This document shows positions 1 through 11,139 of a stretch of DNA of 64,000 bases, piece by piece. Both the position numbers and the translations under genes were made by a program. The stretch comes from Histomonas meleagridis 2922-C6/04-290x (taxonomy: Eukaryota; Protista; Parabasalia), in NCBI GenBank assembly GCA_020184695.1, contig JAANOX010000258.1, positions 248,001 through 312,000 of the forward strand, given 5' to 3'. Numbering within the stretch: the stretch's first letter is position 1; each line of letters begins with the position of its first letter. Under the pieces are notes generated by a model. The model was not told the origin of the DNA and searched no databases. It saw nothing but the letters and a program-made list of their open reading frames with translations.

Positions 1-402
1 GCTGCTGTAACGATGTCGCAAGGTTTGTTTTACGCATTTGAATTTGTGAAGGAGAACGTTATCGGGAAGACGTTTAAAAACCGTCCTGACGATCCGAGTC
101 GCGATCGGAAAAGTGATTTAGTATTACATATACAAAAACATCTTCATAAGCCTCCTGAATATAATTTATGGTTTGATAATGACATATGGTATACATTTGT
201 TTCAATAAATGGTGTACAATTGCCATATATTGGAAGGTCAAATGATCGAACAATGTCAATGATGATTGTATCACAGAAAATTGTGGAAGTGATCGACTCA
301 GATCCTGACATATTCGATAAGATAGCAAAGCAACAGGAATTGATTAGTGAAAATGATGGGAACTCAATCGAAATCAAAATTGGTCCTGAATTTAATTTGT
401 AA
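1..402 (+). CDS. Hypothetical protein, probably 5'-truncated by the window edge
   Basis: The frame is open from base 1 (GCT GCT GTA ACG ATG...) to TAA at 400-402, with ordinary globular composition and no recognised motif. Confidence 0.6.
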   Translation, partial: AAVTMSQGLFYAFEFVKENVIGKTFKNRPDDPSRDRKSDLVLHIQKHLHKPPEYNLWFDNDIWYTFVSINGVQLPYIGRSNDRTMSMMIVSQKIVEVIDSDPDIFDKIAKQQELISENDGNSIEIKIGPEFNL

Positions 403-592
403 AATTTTCCTCTTTGTAACAAAAATTAGAGTAAAAATATGATATCGAATTATTTTTGGTTTAAATAATGAGTGAAAAGAGTAATTTTAAATGTTTAATG
501 AACAAAAATTAATTTTTTTTTGGGCATTTGGTTCGATTCCCAGCGCATGCATTTTTTTATATAAAAAATTTTTAAACGGAAGTTTTGGTAAA

Positions 593-2761
593 ATGATTCC
601 TCGCCAGAAGAGAGAGCTATTAAATGATCTCTTGGCATTAATTTTGGAAACTGATGATAGCGATGTTATTGATAGGTGGCGCACATTTGCATATTTTCTG
701 ATTCAAACTCCAACAAAATCAAATCCACCGCACAATTTAGAATATTGGGCGAAAAAATGGAAAAATTCCATCAGATTAGAACAGGTTAATGCATTAAATC
801 AATTAATTAAAAAAGCATCAAAAAAAGAAAATCCAATTTATACTCTTTTCGATGCATTAAAAACTTCAAAAATAACATATCCATCACCAAATCAGCAAGG
901 CAATGAAACATCAAATGTAAATAAGGTCACAATAACATTAACTGAAGATCAAATTATTCAAGATTTACTAAATTTACTGCGCCATGGAAAAAGCAAACTT
1001 TTTATGATGTCCAAAGATTATAAGTATCATACAGAAGAAAATATTTCGCTTTCACATTTTTCTTTACTCAATAGAATTTTAAAATTGTCATCATGCTTAG
1101 CGTTCATCCGCGAAACGCGGAACGCCTTCAAAGGAACCATTGGTAGCACTGTGCGAGTTATAATTGACAAAGAGTATGATTCAATCACGAAAGAGATTTC
1201 TAATATTCCTATTGAAAATCTCACTCTCATTAAACTTTATTCCTATCTCTCAGGACCCATAAAAGAACGAATCATTGCTTCTACCATAGTTTGTAACTCG
1301 ATTTCAAGTGGAAAACTTCCATCGCTCATCAATAGAATTCTTTCGATTTCTCCATATGGAATTCATCAAGTCAGCTCAATCACATCAAAAATGATCGATT
1401 CATCCATTAGTGTGCTTCTGACTTTCATTCGGAACTGGACAGTTTATGGAGTATTAAATGATCCAGACAATGAATTTTTTATCAAAAAACATGTTGGCAA
1501 AGTTGATAGCGAGCTTTGGTGGAGCACCAAATACGAGCTTGTTGAATCCCTTGTTCCCAATTTTCTCATTGAAAATAATGTCATTCATCAAATACTTGTC
1601 TCTGGCAAATCCATACTGTTTATGCGGAAGCACCGGGATTGTTTTTCAAGTAATTTTGTTGATAATTTTGGGTCATCAGCACCTTTTGCTGTAAATTATC
1701 AACAACCGAAAATGAAAGAAGTCAAACCAGAGATTGCATGGTCAGGCCCATCATTTGAACTCTCCATGGTTCCTAAATTTGCTGAGGATTCGATGAAATC
1801 GCTGATGTACATGATCAAACAAACGGTTTGGATTCCGGGGCACCTCAAAACGATACAAGATTTTATATTATTTGCAAGAGGAGACTTTGCAAGTGCTTTA
1901 TATCAAAACTTTAATGATAACATTGATGAAGATCCACCAACATTACTCCTTCAATCAATTAATCAAGTAGCTTTGACAAAGAATTATACAAATCAAATGA
2001 CAAAAGAAATTTTGACCGATAGAATCGATTTGAAAAAGAAATGGACGGTTCAACCGCCGCCCGACGAAATTTCACTGGTTTATCTCGTCAACCCCCCTAT
2101 TGACACTTTTCTCGGAAAAAACGTTTTGTTGAATTATGAATTAATTGGTTCATTAGTTTGGAAGCTAAAATGTTGTGAATTTAAACTTGGCAATAATTGG
2201 AGCTTAATGAAGAGACTACAAAACTTAAGTCAATTAGGGTTTAAATTACGTAATATGTGCTTACTTAGAAATTTAATGGGATTTGTTGTAAGAACTGTTT
2301 TGGAATATTTAACAACTGATATAATATTATGTGGTTGGGAAGAATTGAGTAACGAACTTGAAAACGCGAAAGATTTGGATAATATGATAAAATCTCATCG
2401 GATATATTTGGAAAGAATAATGGAAGGAGCATTACAAACACCTGCAATGTCAGTGCGATTAAAGATGTTGACACAAATGCTTAACGTGATAAGTGAATTT
2501 TCTGATGTTGTCGATGAAGTTGAAGCTATTTATGATTCAATTGTACAAATGATGAAGAAAAGCAAAATTTTTGCCAAAAATAATGTTTTCGGAGAGAAAG
2601 CAAAAGAGCTTAGAGATGTGTCAAAGAGAGTTAATGACTTATATCGTAAATTTGAAACCCAATTGAGTCAATTTTACATTATGTCATTTAACGAAATAAA
2701 ATCGAAGGCATTGGAACAACTAGAAGCGCGATTCAGATTCTGTGTAGAAAACATTCAATAA
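593..2761 (+). CDS. Gamma-tubulin complex component (Spc97/Spc98 family, GCP3-like)
   Basis: ORF 491-2761; ATG 593 (MIPRQK) is the likely start. 'HQILVSGKSILFMR' and 'IQDFILFARGDF' resemble the GRIP1/GRIP2 motifs of GCP2/3. Confidence 0.8.
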   Translation: MIPRQKRELLNDLLALILETDDSDVIDRWRTFAYFLIQTPTKSNPPHNLEYWAKKWKNSIRLEQVNALNQLIKKASKKENPIYTLFDALKTSKITYPSPNQQGNETSNVNKVTITLTEDQIIQDLLNLLRHGKSKLFMMSKDYKYHTEENISLSHFSLLNRILKLSSCLAFIRETRNAFKGTIGSTVRVIIDKEYDSITKEISNIPIENLTLIKLYSYLSGPIKERIIASTIVCNSISSGKLPSLINRILSISPYGIHQVSSITSKMIDSSISVLLTFIRNWTVYGVLNDPDNEFFIKKHVGKVDSELWWSTKYELVESLVPNFLIENNVIHQILVSGKSILFMRKHRDCFSSNFVDNFGSSAPFAVNYQQPKMKEVKPEIAWSGPSFELSMVPKFAEDSMKSLMYMIKQTVWIPGHLKTIQDFILFARGDFASALYQNFNDNIDEDPPTLLLQSINQVALTKNYTNQMTKEILTDRIDLKKKWTVQPPPDEISLVYLVNPPIDTFLGKNVLLNYELIGSLVWKLKCCEFKLGNNWSLMKRLQNLSQLGFKLRNMCLLRNLMGFVVRTVLEYLTTDIILCGWEELSNELENAKDLDNMIKSHRIYLERIMEGALQTPAMSVRLKMLTQMLNVISEFSDVVDEVEAIYDSIVQMMKKSKIFAKNNVFGEKAKELRDVSKRVNDLYRKFETQLSQFYIMSFNEIKSKALEQLEARFRFCVENIQ

Positions 2762-2846
2762 CTGTAAATGTTTGTTTGTGATGACGATTTTTTTGATTTT
2801 TTCTGAAGCCATTTGAGATTTCACATAACATTTCACATTGTGAACA

Positions 2847-4352
2847 ATGTCTTTAAGTTATTTCGATATTTTCCCAGATGCAAAACTTAGCGCATCTGTA
2901 AAACCTAAAGAAGATAATCAAGAGTTTGAAATTACTCCGTTTGATGTTGCAAATATTATTAAGCATTATTTAATTGATACAAAACGACCAAATTGGATTG
3001 AAATAAGTCATACTGGACTTTGTCATCATCTTTTCTTTCTCGTTTTCGATGGTTTAGATAATTCTCGTTACAATATATTTAAGGATGATTTATCAGCATT
3101 TCATTCAATTTCAGAAAATGGTTTCCCTGTTATGGTTCTTGCAAGAGAAAAAAATCGGTTGATAGTTCCTGCAATTAATTCTGTTTTAGGATATTCTTCA
3201 CACTCCAAGAAAAAAGAAAAGTTTAATTCCTTAGAAGAAATGTGTCTATCGTTGGAAGAACGATACGATAACGGCTACCCTATCAAACCGGGCTGTCAAC
3301 CAAATTTGAACAGAACTTTGAGGTGCTCCTACTTTGGAATGGCGGTTTTGACAAACGAAGAATTGGCACTTTTTGATACCTTGCCTGATGAAACAGAAGG
3401 AGCACTTCCAGTTATAGGGATTGATTGTGAAATGATCAAAACAACGTGTGGAGAAGAACTTGCTCGTATTTCATGCGTTGATGAAAATGGAGAAATTGTT
3501 ATTGATGAATATTTTCAGCCAGTTGGCGAAGTAATTGATTATAGGACACAATTTTCTGGGATTTCAAAAGAAACATTACAATCAGTAACACTTAAGTCTA
3601 CAGATTTATTATCAATTCTTTCAAAAAAAGCAGATTCGCATACAATTATAATTGGACATTCATTGGAAAATGATCTTCGCGCAATGAAAATAATACACGA
3701 CAAAGTTATTGACACAGCTCTTGTATATAACTCAGATACAAAATATCCAACGAAACCAGGGCTTGCAAAATTATACCAAAAGTACATTAAAAAACCATTC
3801 AGGGAAAGTGGTGAAGGTCATGATAGTGCTGAAGATGCACGCGCAGCTCTTGAGCTTGCCAAAAATGCTCTTAATTATGCAGTTCATGAAATCAAAGTTG
3901 ATGCCAAGCTTCCACAATTGTTCACAGACTTACTACCAAGCGTTGCAGCGATCAATGTATTTGCTCCTGCGTTTGCTTGTCCATATGAGAACATTGAGCC
4001 AAAGGTTCACTGCACTGTGAAAGACACCAACGCTGAAATTGCGGTTGAGCTCATAAATTCAATCGAAAATGATCCGCCGCGGTTAACGTATTCTTATTTC
4101 TATAGTTTATCACGGTGTGAACTCACAGAAGAAAGCGAGAAAGAAGCAGCTGCTGAATACAACAGAATTTTAGGAAATGTTTTGGAGAGGCTACCTTCAT
4201 ATTCAGTTTTGATGGTATATACAGCAAATGGAAATTTGAAAAGATTGAGGAATAATGAAGGGAAACCAATGTCGTTCGATGACCCAGCATTTGTGGCCGA
4301 ATTTGCTCTGTGCAAGCAAGGGTTGCTGTGGGTTTATTCAAAGACAAAATAA
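2847..4352 (+). CDS. DEDDh RNA exonuclease (REXO1/REXO5-like)
   Basis: Exo motifs GIDCEM, IGHSLENDL and GHDSAEDA. Confidence 0.9.
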   Translation: MSLSYFDIFPDAKLSASVKPKEDNQEFEITPFDVANIIKHYLIDTKRPNWIEISHTGLCHHLFFLVFDGLDNSRYNIFKDDLSAFHSISENGFPVMVLAREKNRLIVPAINSVLGYSSHSKKKEKFNSLEEMCLSLEERYDNGYPIKPGCQPNLNRTLRCSYFGMAVLTNEELALFDTLPDETEGALPVIGIDCEMIKTTCGEELARISCVDENGEIVIDEYFQPVGEVIDYRTQFSGISKETLQSVTLKSTDLLSILSKKADSHTIIIGHSLENDLRAMKIIHDKVIDTALVYNSDTKYPTKPGLAKLYQKYIKKPFRESGEGHDSAEDARAALELAKNALNYAVHEIKVDAKLPQLFTDLLPSVAAINVFAPAFACPYENIEPKVHCTVKDTNAEIAVELINSIENDPPRLTYSYFYSLSRCELTEESEKEAAAEYNRILGNVLERLPSYSVLMVYTANGNLKRLRNNEGKPMSFDDPAFVAEFALCKQGLLWVYSKTK

Positions 4353-4657
4353 CAATTATATATTAAAAATTATAAATTATGTTAAAAATGTTTTTGTTTT
4401 ACTTGTTGAATAATATTTACATATAAGCTTATCAATAATAGAGTCAAATAAATTATTAATTATTGAAAATAACATTTGGAAATGATGATAATTTCCTTAT
4501 TTTGATTTTATATATATGGTTAAAATTTACCATCAGCATGTCATTTTGCCTACATATTATTTTTAATTTGAAATTTAATAATGTTATATATTTATTAAGA
4601 ACAGTTAACATATCAGAAAATATCTTCTAAATAATTTGTATTAATACATTTCGAACA

Positions 4658-4864
4658 TGTTCATCATTAACGAATATTATAATTCCAAATTCAGTCACAA
4701 CGATTGGCGATTCAGCATTTGAATCATGTTCATCATTAAAGAATATTATAATTCCAAATTCAGTCACAACGATTGGCGATTCAGCATTTCGAATATGTTC
4801 ATCATTAACGAATATTATAATACCAAAATCAGTCACAACGATTGGAAGTTATGCATTTTATTCA
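4658..4864 (+). repeat. 69-nt tandem coding repeat (3 near-identical TpLRR units)
   Basis: 'tgttcatcatta' starts recur at 4658, 4727 and 4796. Confidence 0.9.
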
Positions 4865-5279
4865 TGTCGTAATTTAGAAACAGTTAACATATCAGAAAAT
4901 ATCGAAATAATTTGTATTAATACATTTCAATATTGTTCATCATTAACGAATATTACAATTCCGAATTCAGTTACAACTATTGACGATTCAGCATTTGAAT
5001 CATGTAGTAATTTAACAACAGTTATTATTGGTGAAAATTTAGAAACGATTGGCGATTATGCATTTCGATCATGCATCAATCTCAAATGTATTTATTACAA
5101 AGGTTTTGAAACACCAACAGGTATAAGTTCGAAAGCATTTTTCTAATATCGGTACTAAATATGTTATGACATCATATTTATATGAAAATGGGACATTTGG
5201 AACACTTGAAGTTTCATATAAATTGGAACCAGAATGTGATATATATTTCTGGGCAACACTTACATTCACAGGAAGTGAT

Positions 5280-5450
5280 ACATATTCGAATACATTTACT
5301 AATTCGAATACATTTACAAATTTAAATTCATTTACTAATTCAGATACATTTACAAATTCAAATACATTTACTAATTCAGATACATTTTCACAATCGAGTT
5401 CATTTACTTCAAGTATTTCATTTACTAATTCAAACACATTTACAATTTCT
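5280..5450 (+). repeat. 18-nt coding minisatellite (TFTNSN/TFTNSD), BspA stalk
   Basis: Repeated acatttactaattc/acatttacaaattc units. Confidence 0.85.
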
Positions 5451-5671
5451 TTCATTCCAAATATTTCAATTTCAATTTCATTAATTAATTTTTATTCTGT
5501 TACGCAGACATTAATTGTTAACACGTATTTATCGAACACATTAATAAATACATTTATTGCTTCAAGTTATACATTTACGCATTGTTAATTACAATTTCAA
5601 TAACTTTCTTCGAAACAATACAAAAAACATTTTTTATTTCCAGATAAATAAAAAATTATCTATAAAACGCC

Positions 5672-6658
5672 CTAAAAATCACTAAAGTCAGTGTCATCAG
5701 ACAGATCTGTATCGAACAGCATTGATGGAACACAAATCATTGCATGTGACCCCACCAAAACTTTGCTCTTCTTTTTCCTTATTTTCTTTTCCTTAACTTT
5801 TAATTTCTCACTATTTTCATTCTGATGTTTCTTCTTTTGAACAAATGTGTCTTTGACCGTAGGCATCGAGTACTGTGCGCTTTCGTACGGAGCTTTCACT
5901 TCGTGCGGATTCCACGTTCTTTGCCTTGTTTTGATGGTTGATGTTTTCCCATCATCAACAAGCGATAACCTGATCATTTCTTCCAGCGATTCATTGTCTT
6001 CCTTGGAAAGTGGTTTATACTGTGAGTCATATGATCGTGGCTCCCAAAATCGCGGAAGATAATGTTCTTCTTCAATTAGCATATATCGACTTTTTCGTTC
6101 TTTTTCCTTTTTGGTGACATTGGGTAAACCTTCGGTCTCAAGAACTTGTAAGGACATGGCTGGATGATCGTGTTTCTCATCTTTTCCCATTTGAATTCGA
6201 TGTTCTATAATTTCAAGTTGGTAATGAATATCAGTAATATGATCATATATACATTCACTGATAGTAGGATTATGGGTTTCTTCTTCATTTGTCTCTGGTT
6301 TATCCCAATTTGGTGTTAAAACAGGTTTTGGCTCATATTGCCTTGACGAATCATAATTACTTCGAGGTTTAATTTCACTCTTAGGTTCTTCTTTGTTTGT
6401 GGATGGTTCGAAAAACTCTGAAGATGAATCTGTTTGTTCATCAGTTGAATCATAATCAAAAGCTGCATAATCATCACTAGTAATAACAGGTGAAGAGTTT
6501 ACAATTTCATGATTTATAGAATTATTATCAAAATTTTCATTTAAAAATTGATTTGAATCTTTCTTTTGATCTTCAAAATTATACATCCCTTCCTTCGGTT
6601 TCCCTGAAAAGAAGAAATCGAGTTTAAGTTGTCCTGGTGTGTTCTGTTTGCTTAACAT
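5672..6658 (-). CDS. Hypothetical acidic/low-complexity protein
   Basis: 328-aa ATG-started ORF with coding-like GC content; no motif recognised. Confidence 0.7.
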   Translation of the reverse strand: MLSKQNTPGQLKLDFFFSGKPKEGMYNFEDQKKDSNQFLNENFDNNSINHEIVNSSPVITSDDYAAFDYDSTDEQTDSSSEFFEPSTNKEEPKSEIKPRSNYDSSRQYEPKPVLTPNWDKPETNEEETHNPTISECIYDHITDIHYQLEIIEHRIQMGKDEKHDHPAMSLQVLETEGLPNVTKKEKERKSRYMLIEEEHYLPRFWEPRSYDSQYKPLSKEDNESLEEMIRLSLVDDGKTSTIKTRQRTWNPHEVKAPYESAQYSMPTVKDTFVQKKKHQNENSEKLKVKEKKIRKKKSKVLVGSHAMICVPSMLFDTDLSDDTDFSDF

Positions 6659-6796
6659 TGATCTGATGTTGGCGCGTAACCATCTTCAATGAAAACCGTT
6701 TATTTTGATAACAGCGCCATTATGTTCGGGGCACCCCATCTCGAGATTTCTGAACTTTACGTTTTTTCCATTTGACACGCCACTTTTTGATCTTGG

Positions 6797-7333
6797 ATGA
6801 TTTCAGCAATTGAAGCTAGACGCAGCTGCCGTAAGTTTGATACAACAAAAAAGATTGACCACGACACGCTCAAATTGATTGTTGATATGGCTTTAAGTTC
6901 TCCAACTGGTGTTGATGCTCAATCAAATGATTTATATGTTGTTACTAAAGAAGAAGTAAATGATAGGTTCGCTCAATGTGTTGTTGATAACATTCCACCA
7001 GAAATGAAAGAAAAGATGGGCAATGTTGGTCCAGAAAGAATATTTTATAAGGCACCAGCAGTTATATACATAGTTCCAGCAAGGAAAGAAAGAGTTGACT
7101 GTGCCCCATATGATCTTGGTATTATATGCCAAAACATTTGCTTAGCAGCTAAGTGTAAAGGAATTGATTCGGTTATTATTGGTTTTGCCCAAAACGCACC
7201 AGCTGCAGAAGCAAAAGAAATTTTAGGTCTTCCAAACGAAACAACTGTTTTAGCAGTTGCTCTTGGATATGCTGCAGAAGATTGGGAGCCCCAACCCAAA
7301 GAATTAAAGGCAAAGGTTCAGTGGATTGAATAA
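6797..7333 (+). CDS. Nitroreductase (FMN-dependent) family protein
   Basis: N-terminal 'IEARRSCRKF', 'A.SSPTG.DAQ', 'DLGIICQNICLAA...GIDSVIIG' and 'LAVALGY'. Confidence 0.92.
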   Translation: MISAIEARRSCRKFDTTKKIDHDTLKLIVDMALSSPTGVDAQSNDLYVVTKEEVNDRFAQCVVDNIPPEMKEKMGNVGPERIFYKAPAVIYIVPARKERVDCAPYDLGIICQNICLAAKCKGIDSVIIGFAQNAPAAEAKEILGLPNETTVLAVALGYAAEDWEPQPKELKAKVQWIE

Positions 7334-7622
7334 ATCAATTTCATAGCATACTCTTGTTTAGTTCTCTTAATCATTGTTTTCATATCAATTTTCAAATTAA
7401 GAAATTCCAAATTTTTTGCCATAAAAAATGATCAGTAAAATTGTACACAAAACCATATTGCATCTCAATATTTTTTATTTGCTAAAGAGGTTGCTGAATG
7501 TCCCAAAATTCAATGACGTGAATTTGACTGAGTTTGTTCAAATATTAAACGGTTGAAATTTTTTGTCACAAATAATTTCTCATTAATACAACTGAATAAT
7601 TGTTACTTTGGCGTTTATTTGA

Positions 7623-8759
7623 TCAAATCCTTTGCTCGAGGTTTGCCAGTGGGAAGTATCCTCTCTTCTTAATTCTAAGATTTGTACCCGAACATTTACC
7701 TTTCTGGACGAAGTCCACATACACCAAATCACCTGAGAGCAACTCGATGTCGCCCAATCTTTTATCTTGTTGATAATCCTTGATGCATAAGAAAACGGCT
7801 CCAATTGGATCTTTTCCTGAGTTGTGCTCACCAGGAAGCTGTACAAAGGTCTTAGGGAAGTAGCCGCGCTTGCCATTGGCCTCTCCTTCCCACCAGCCGG
7901 ATGAATGTTGAACAAGAATATGTATCTGATCACCACGTTCAAATTGAAGATCAGTTGGCTCATCAGAGCGGTAATCAGAGATAGCAACAGCCATAAGATC
8001 TTGATCTTCTTCTTCGACGAGTTCTGCTGATGGATCAAATACTCGTTCGATGTAACGTTTGCTACGATCTTTGGCATCAAAGTTGTTCATCTTATGGATA
8101 AAGACATCGAGTCCTTTGTTAATTTCGGTGTTAAGCTTAAGTTTAGCTTTTTCGAAATCGACAGTCATTTTTTGGAATTTGGTAAGACGTGTAGAATCAA
8201 AGTCAGTAAAATCACGATGTATAGTTGGAATACTTGAGGAAGCAAGCTTCATAGTGGTGTCATTTTCAGCTTTAATTTTCTTGGATAATTCGATATTGGC
8301 TTTGTTGATTTTGTTGTTTTGCTTTTCAACATTCGATCCTTGCATTTGTGGGAGTTTGGCTTTAAGTTGTTCGACTTCATTTGCTGCTTTTTCTCTATCA
8401 GATATAACCTTTTGTAAAGCGGAGAGTTGTTGCTTAATGGCTTTATGGATACGATCTCTCTTATCTTTCATTGTTTGAGAGTATGTACTAGCACTCTTAT
8501 ATATAACATCTTTAAGTTCTTTTGAAAATGTAGCATGTTGGTCAATTTCATTTTGAAGTTCTGTAATGAAATTCTTTGTTATTGGATCTTTGTCATCGAA
8601 TTGTTGAGGGATAATTTGTTTAAGCATTGATTGATATTTTTCTTCAACTTCAATACGTGCTTGAACCATACGAAGAGCCACATTATAATTATCTGATCCT
8701 TTATCAACTCTTTGTACTACTCTTTGGAGAATTGTAACCACTTCAGATGCTGTTGACAT
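7623..8759 (-). CDS. F-BAR (FCH) plus SH3 domain protein
   Basis: Helical N-terminus with 'RIEVEEKYQSML'; C-terminal SH3 'AISDYRSDEPTDLQFERGD...SGWWEGEANGKRGYFPKTFV' and a second degenerate SH3. Start at ATG 8759. Confidence 0.85.
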   Translation of the reverse strand: MSTASEVVTILQRVVQRVDKGSDNYNVALRMVQARIEVEEKYQSMLKQIIPQQFDDKDPITKNFITELQNEIDQHATFSKELKDVIYKSASTYSQTMKDKRDRIHKAIKQQLSALQKVISDREKAANEVEQLKAKLPQMQGSNVEKQNNKINKANIELSKKIKAENDTTMKLASSSIPTIHRDFTDFDSTRLTKFQKMTVDFEKAKLKLNTEINKGLDVFIHKMNNFDAKDRSKRYIERVFDPSAELVEEEDQDLMAVAISDYRSDEPTDLQFERGDQIHILVQHSSGWWEGEANGKRGYFPKTFVQLPGEHNSGKDPIGAVFLCIKDYQQDKRLGDIELLSGDLVYVDFVQKGKCSGTNLRIKKRGYFPLANLEQRI

Positions 8760-8904
8760 TAAATTTGTTTTGTTGGTCTGATTATTAAATTGACAAAAAC
8801 CGTCGAATCGTTTCAATTGTGCACCGTTTTCCTATTTGAATGCCATGTAATTTTTCGTAAACCTTTCAAAAACAGCGTTTGCAAATTGTGCCACATGAAA
8901 AATT

Positions 8905-10299
8905 TTATTTAAAAAGACTCGGCGCTGGTGCCGTTGTTGTATTTGAAGGCAAAGGTTCGAACATTATTTCATCCAAAGGAACTCCTGCACTACTCATCTT
9001 TGCTTGATAGATCGCTATTAAATCGTTATGAGCTTTCGTTGCCTTAGCTAACTCAAACTCTAAGTTTTCAATAACGTTGTTCTTAGCTTGTAATAAGTCA
9101 TCAACTCGATTAGAAATATCTTCGATTTGTTCTTCGGGCAAATCTGCCTTTTCAAGCATCTCATCCAATTGACTTTCTTTTTTCTGCAAAACGTCATCCA
9201 AAACTTCCACTCTTTTCTGCAGCAATAGTGCCCTAAACTCAGTTTTTTGTTTCACGTCATGAATCGTCGCTTCAAATTTCTCAATTAACATATCTCTTTC
9301 CTTTTCCATGTTTTTGAACTTCTCTTCCTTTGTCTTTCTTCTTCGTTTCAGCGACTCTATCTCCATTTCTAAGCTTTGGATCCTTGCTCGAGAATTTGCT
9401 AATGACATCTTATCTGTTTCATATGTCGAAAGGGCTTTATGTAATAAGTTATTTTCGCGCTTCTTTTCTTGTAACTTTTTGTTGAGTTCATAAATTTCTT
9501 TTTCGTAATTCTTTTTTCGTTGTTCATATTCTGCATATCGATTATCAATATTTTCGAGTTCGGATTCATACTGTGATATTTGGGATAAATGGTCCTGCGT
9601 GATCTTATTGTAGAAATCTTTCATCTCCCGGAATTTGGCGTCATGATTTTCCATAAGACCGCGAATGTGATAATCTTTACGTTCTTGAATCTCATGAATT
9701 TCGTTAATACGTTGAAGCTCATAATCTTCATGAAGAGATTCGATGTTTTTTTGGTTCTCTTCTTGGATATCTTTGAGATTTTGGAGATATTGATCTTTGA
9801 TGTGCTGTGAAAATCGATCATATTCTTCTTTAAGTTGCTTCTGTTGCATGGCATGATGGCCCTGAAGTGTAGTAAATTCACCGTTTAGGCGTTGCGCATC
9901 AGTTTCAAGACGCTTGAGATAATCTAAATGCTCATTCTTTTGTTGTTCAAGTGTGGAGTTTTTATCTTCGTTAATAGAATCAAGGTCTTTACGATGTGTA
10001 TGCATTAAATGTTTTACTTTCTGCTTATATACTTGGATTTCAGTGCGTGTTTGATCTTCAATTTCTTCGGCTTCTCGTTCTTTAGCGGTGATTTGAAGTC
10101 TCAGTTCTTTGATTTTTTGCATGCATACTTCAATTTGCGTGCGTAATTGTTGAGATTCTACTAAATGAAAAACACGCTCTCGTCGAACTGGGACTGAATC
10201 AGACGTGGCTTTTTCAACAGCAGATTTAGCTTCGTCGCGTGCAGATTGTGCTTCTTTAACTTTTCTCTGGAGTTCTGCTTGTTGATTTTGCCCCGACAT
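8905..10299 (-). CDS. DRC4: Dynein regulatory complex subunit 4 (GAS8)
   Basis: 'EIQVYKQKVKHL', 'HDAKFREMKDFYNKIT' and 'AHNDLIAIYQAKM...GVPLDEIMFEPL' match recalled GAS8 hallmarks. Confidence 0.88.
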   Translation of the reverse strand: MSGQNQQAELQRKVKEAQSARDEAKSAVEKATSDSVPVRRERVFHLVESQQLRTQIEVCMQKIKELRLQITAKEREAEEIEDQTRTEIQVYKQKVKHLMHTHRKDLDSINEDKNSTLEQQKNEHLDYLKRLETDAQRLNGEFTTLQGHHAMQQKQLKEEYDRFSQHIKDQYLQNLKDIQEENQKNIESLHEDYELQRINEIHEIQERKDYHIRGLMENHDAKFREMKDFYNKITQDHLSQISQYESELENIDNRYAEYEQRKKNYEKEIYELNKKLQEKKRENNLLHKALSTYETDKMSLANSRARIQSLEMEIESLKRRRKTKEEKFKNMEKERDMLIEKFEATIHDVKQKTEFRALLLQKRVEVLDDVLQKKESQLDEMLEKADLPEEQIEDISNRVDDLLQAKNNVIENLEFELAKATKAHNDLIAIYQAKMSSAGVPLDEIMFEPLPSNTTTAPAPSLFK

Positions 10300-11139
10300 G
10301 AATTATAACGTTTTTTTGACCACATAACGGTTTTAGGGCGCCTCAAAATCTTCTTGATATTAAAACATTTTATTCACAAGTTCTGTATAAAATATAAAGC
10401 ACAAGATTGCCAACTTATTTATATTTATCTTCATAACATAGTGAAAGCTTTTAACGAAATCAAAATGAATATGATGATGTAACCATGTCTTTATACCTGT
10501 ACACAGGGGGATAAAAAACATAAATATTGCCAGGAAAAATTGATGTTTTTCATTTTGGGGTTGAATATATCGAAACTTCGAGTTATTTCACTTGATTTGG
10601 TAATAATCGATAAATCATTCAAAAAAGATTTGATTGAATTACATCATTACTTTTTAATAAGCGATTGAAATAGAATCCATTCATTTCGAAATTCGGACAT
10701 ATTAACTGATAATAGTCACATGTAAAAATAATTACCATTCGTTGAAAAGCATGAATATTTGTTTTATAATGTCATGGAAAAAAGTCACAACACCGCAAAA
10801 CTGACGTGTCTTTGTGGGCAGATATCTTCTTAAGATGAAAAACATCAGAAAAAGTATATTCAACAGATTTCGATTATAAATATTATTTCTCATATTACGC
10901 TGTTCATATTTTTCAAATCAAGTACAAATTTTTGATATTGAATAGAAAAAAATTAGTACTCCAATACATGCCCAAAACACCCGTTAACATTAATAACCGA
11001 AATTTACAGCTTAAATTGAACGTTTTCATCATTTCCCACTTTTATCGATTGAAAACCAATTAATTCAAATTTTGAATGTAAATCAGTTTACCTCAAAATT
11101 GAATGGTGTGCTTGACCTCGACACTTTTCCACATCGTTT

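Larger units (their letters stand above)
4590..5588 (+). pseudogene. BspA-like (TpLRR/LRR_5) surface protein, disrupted
   Basis: 23-aa repeats CSSLTNIIIPNSVTTIGDSAF. In-frame TAA at about 4628-4630 where the sister repeat has GAA. A +1 T in 'gcatttttctaat' (about 5138-5142) shifts into ORF 5166-5588, which has an S/T-rich stalk. Confidence 0.8.

Noticed and set aside
4627-5455. Minus-strand ORFs 4627-4836 and 5069-5455 with repeats
   Set aside because: These are antisense shadows of the BspA LRR and stalk repeats.
10480-11040. Possible transposon end ('tacacagggggataaaaa') and decayed coding sequence
   Set aside because: No matching inverted copy or transposase motif was found.
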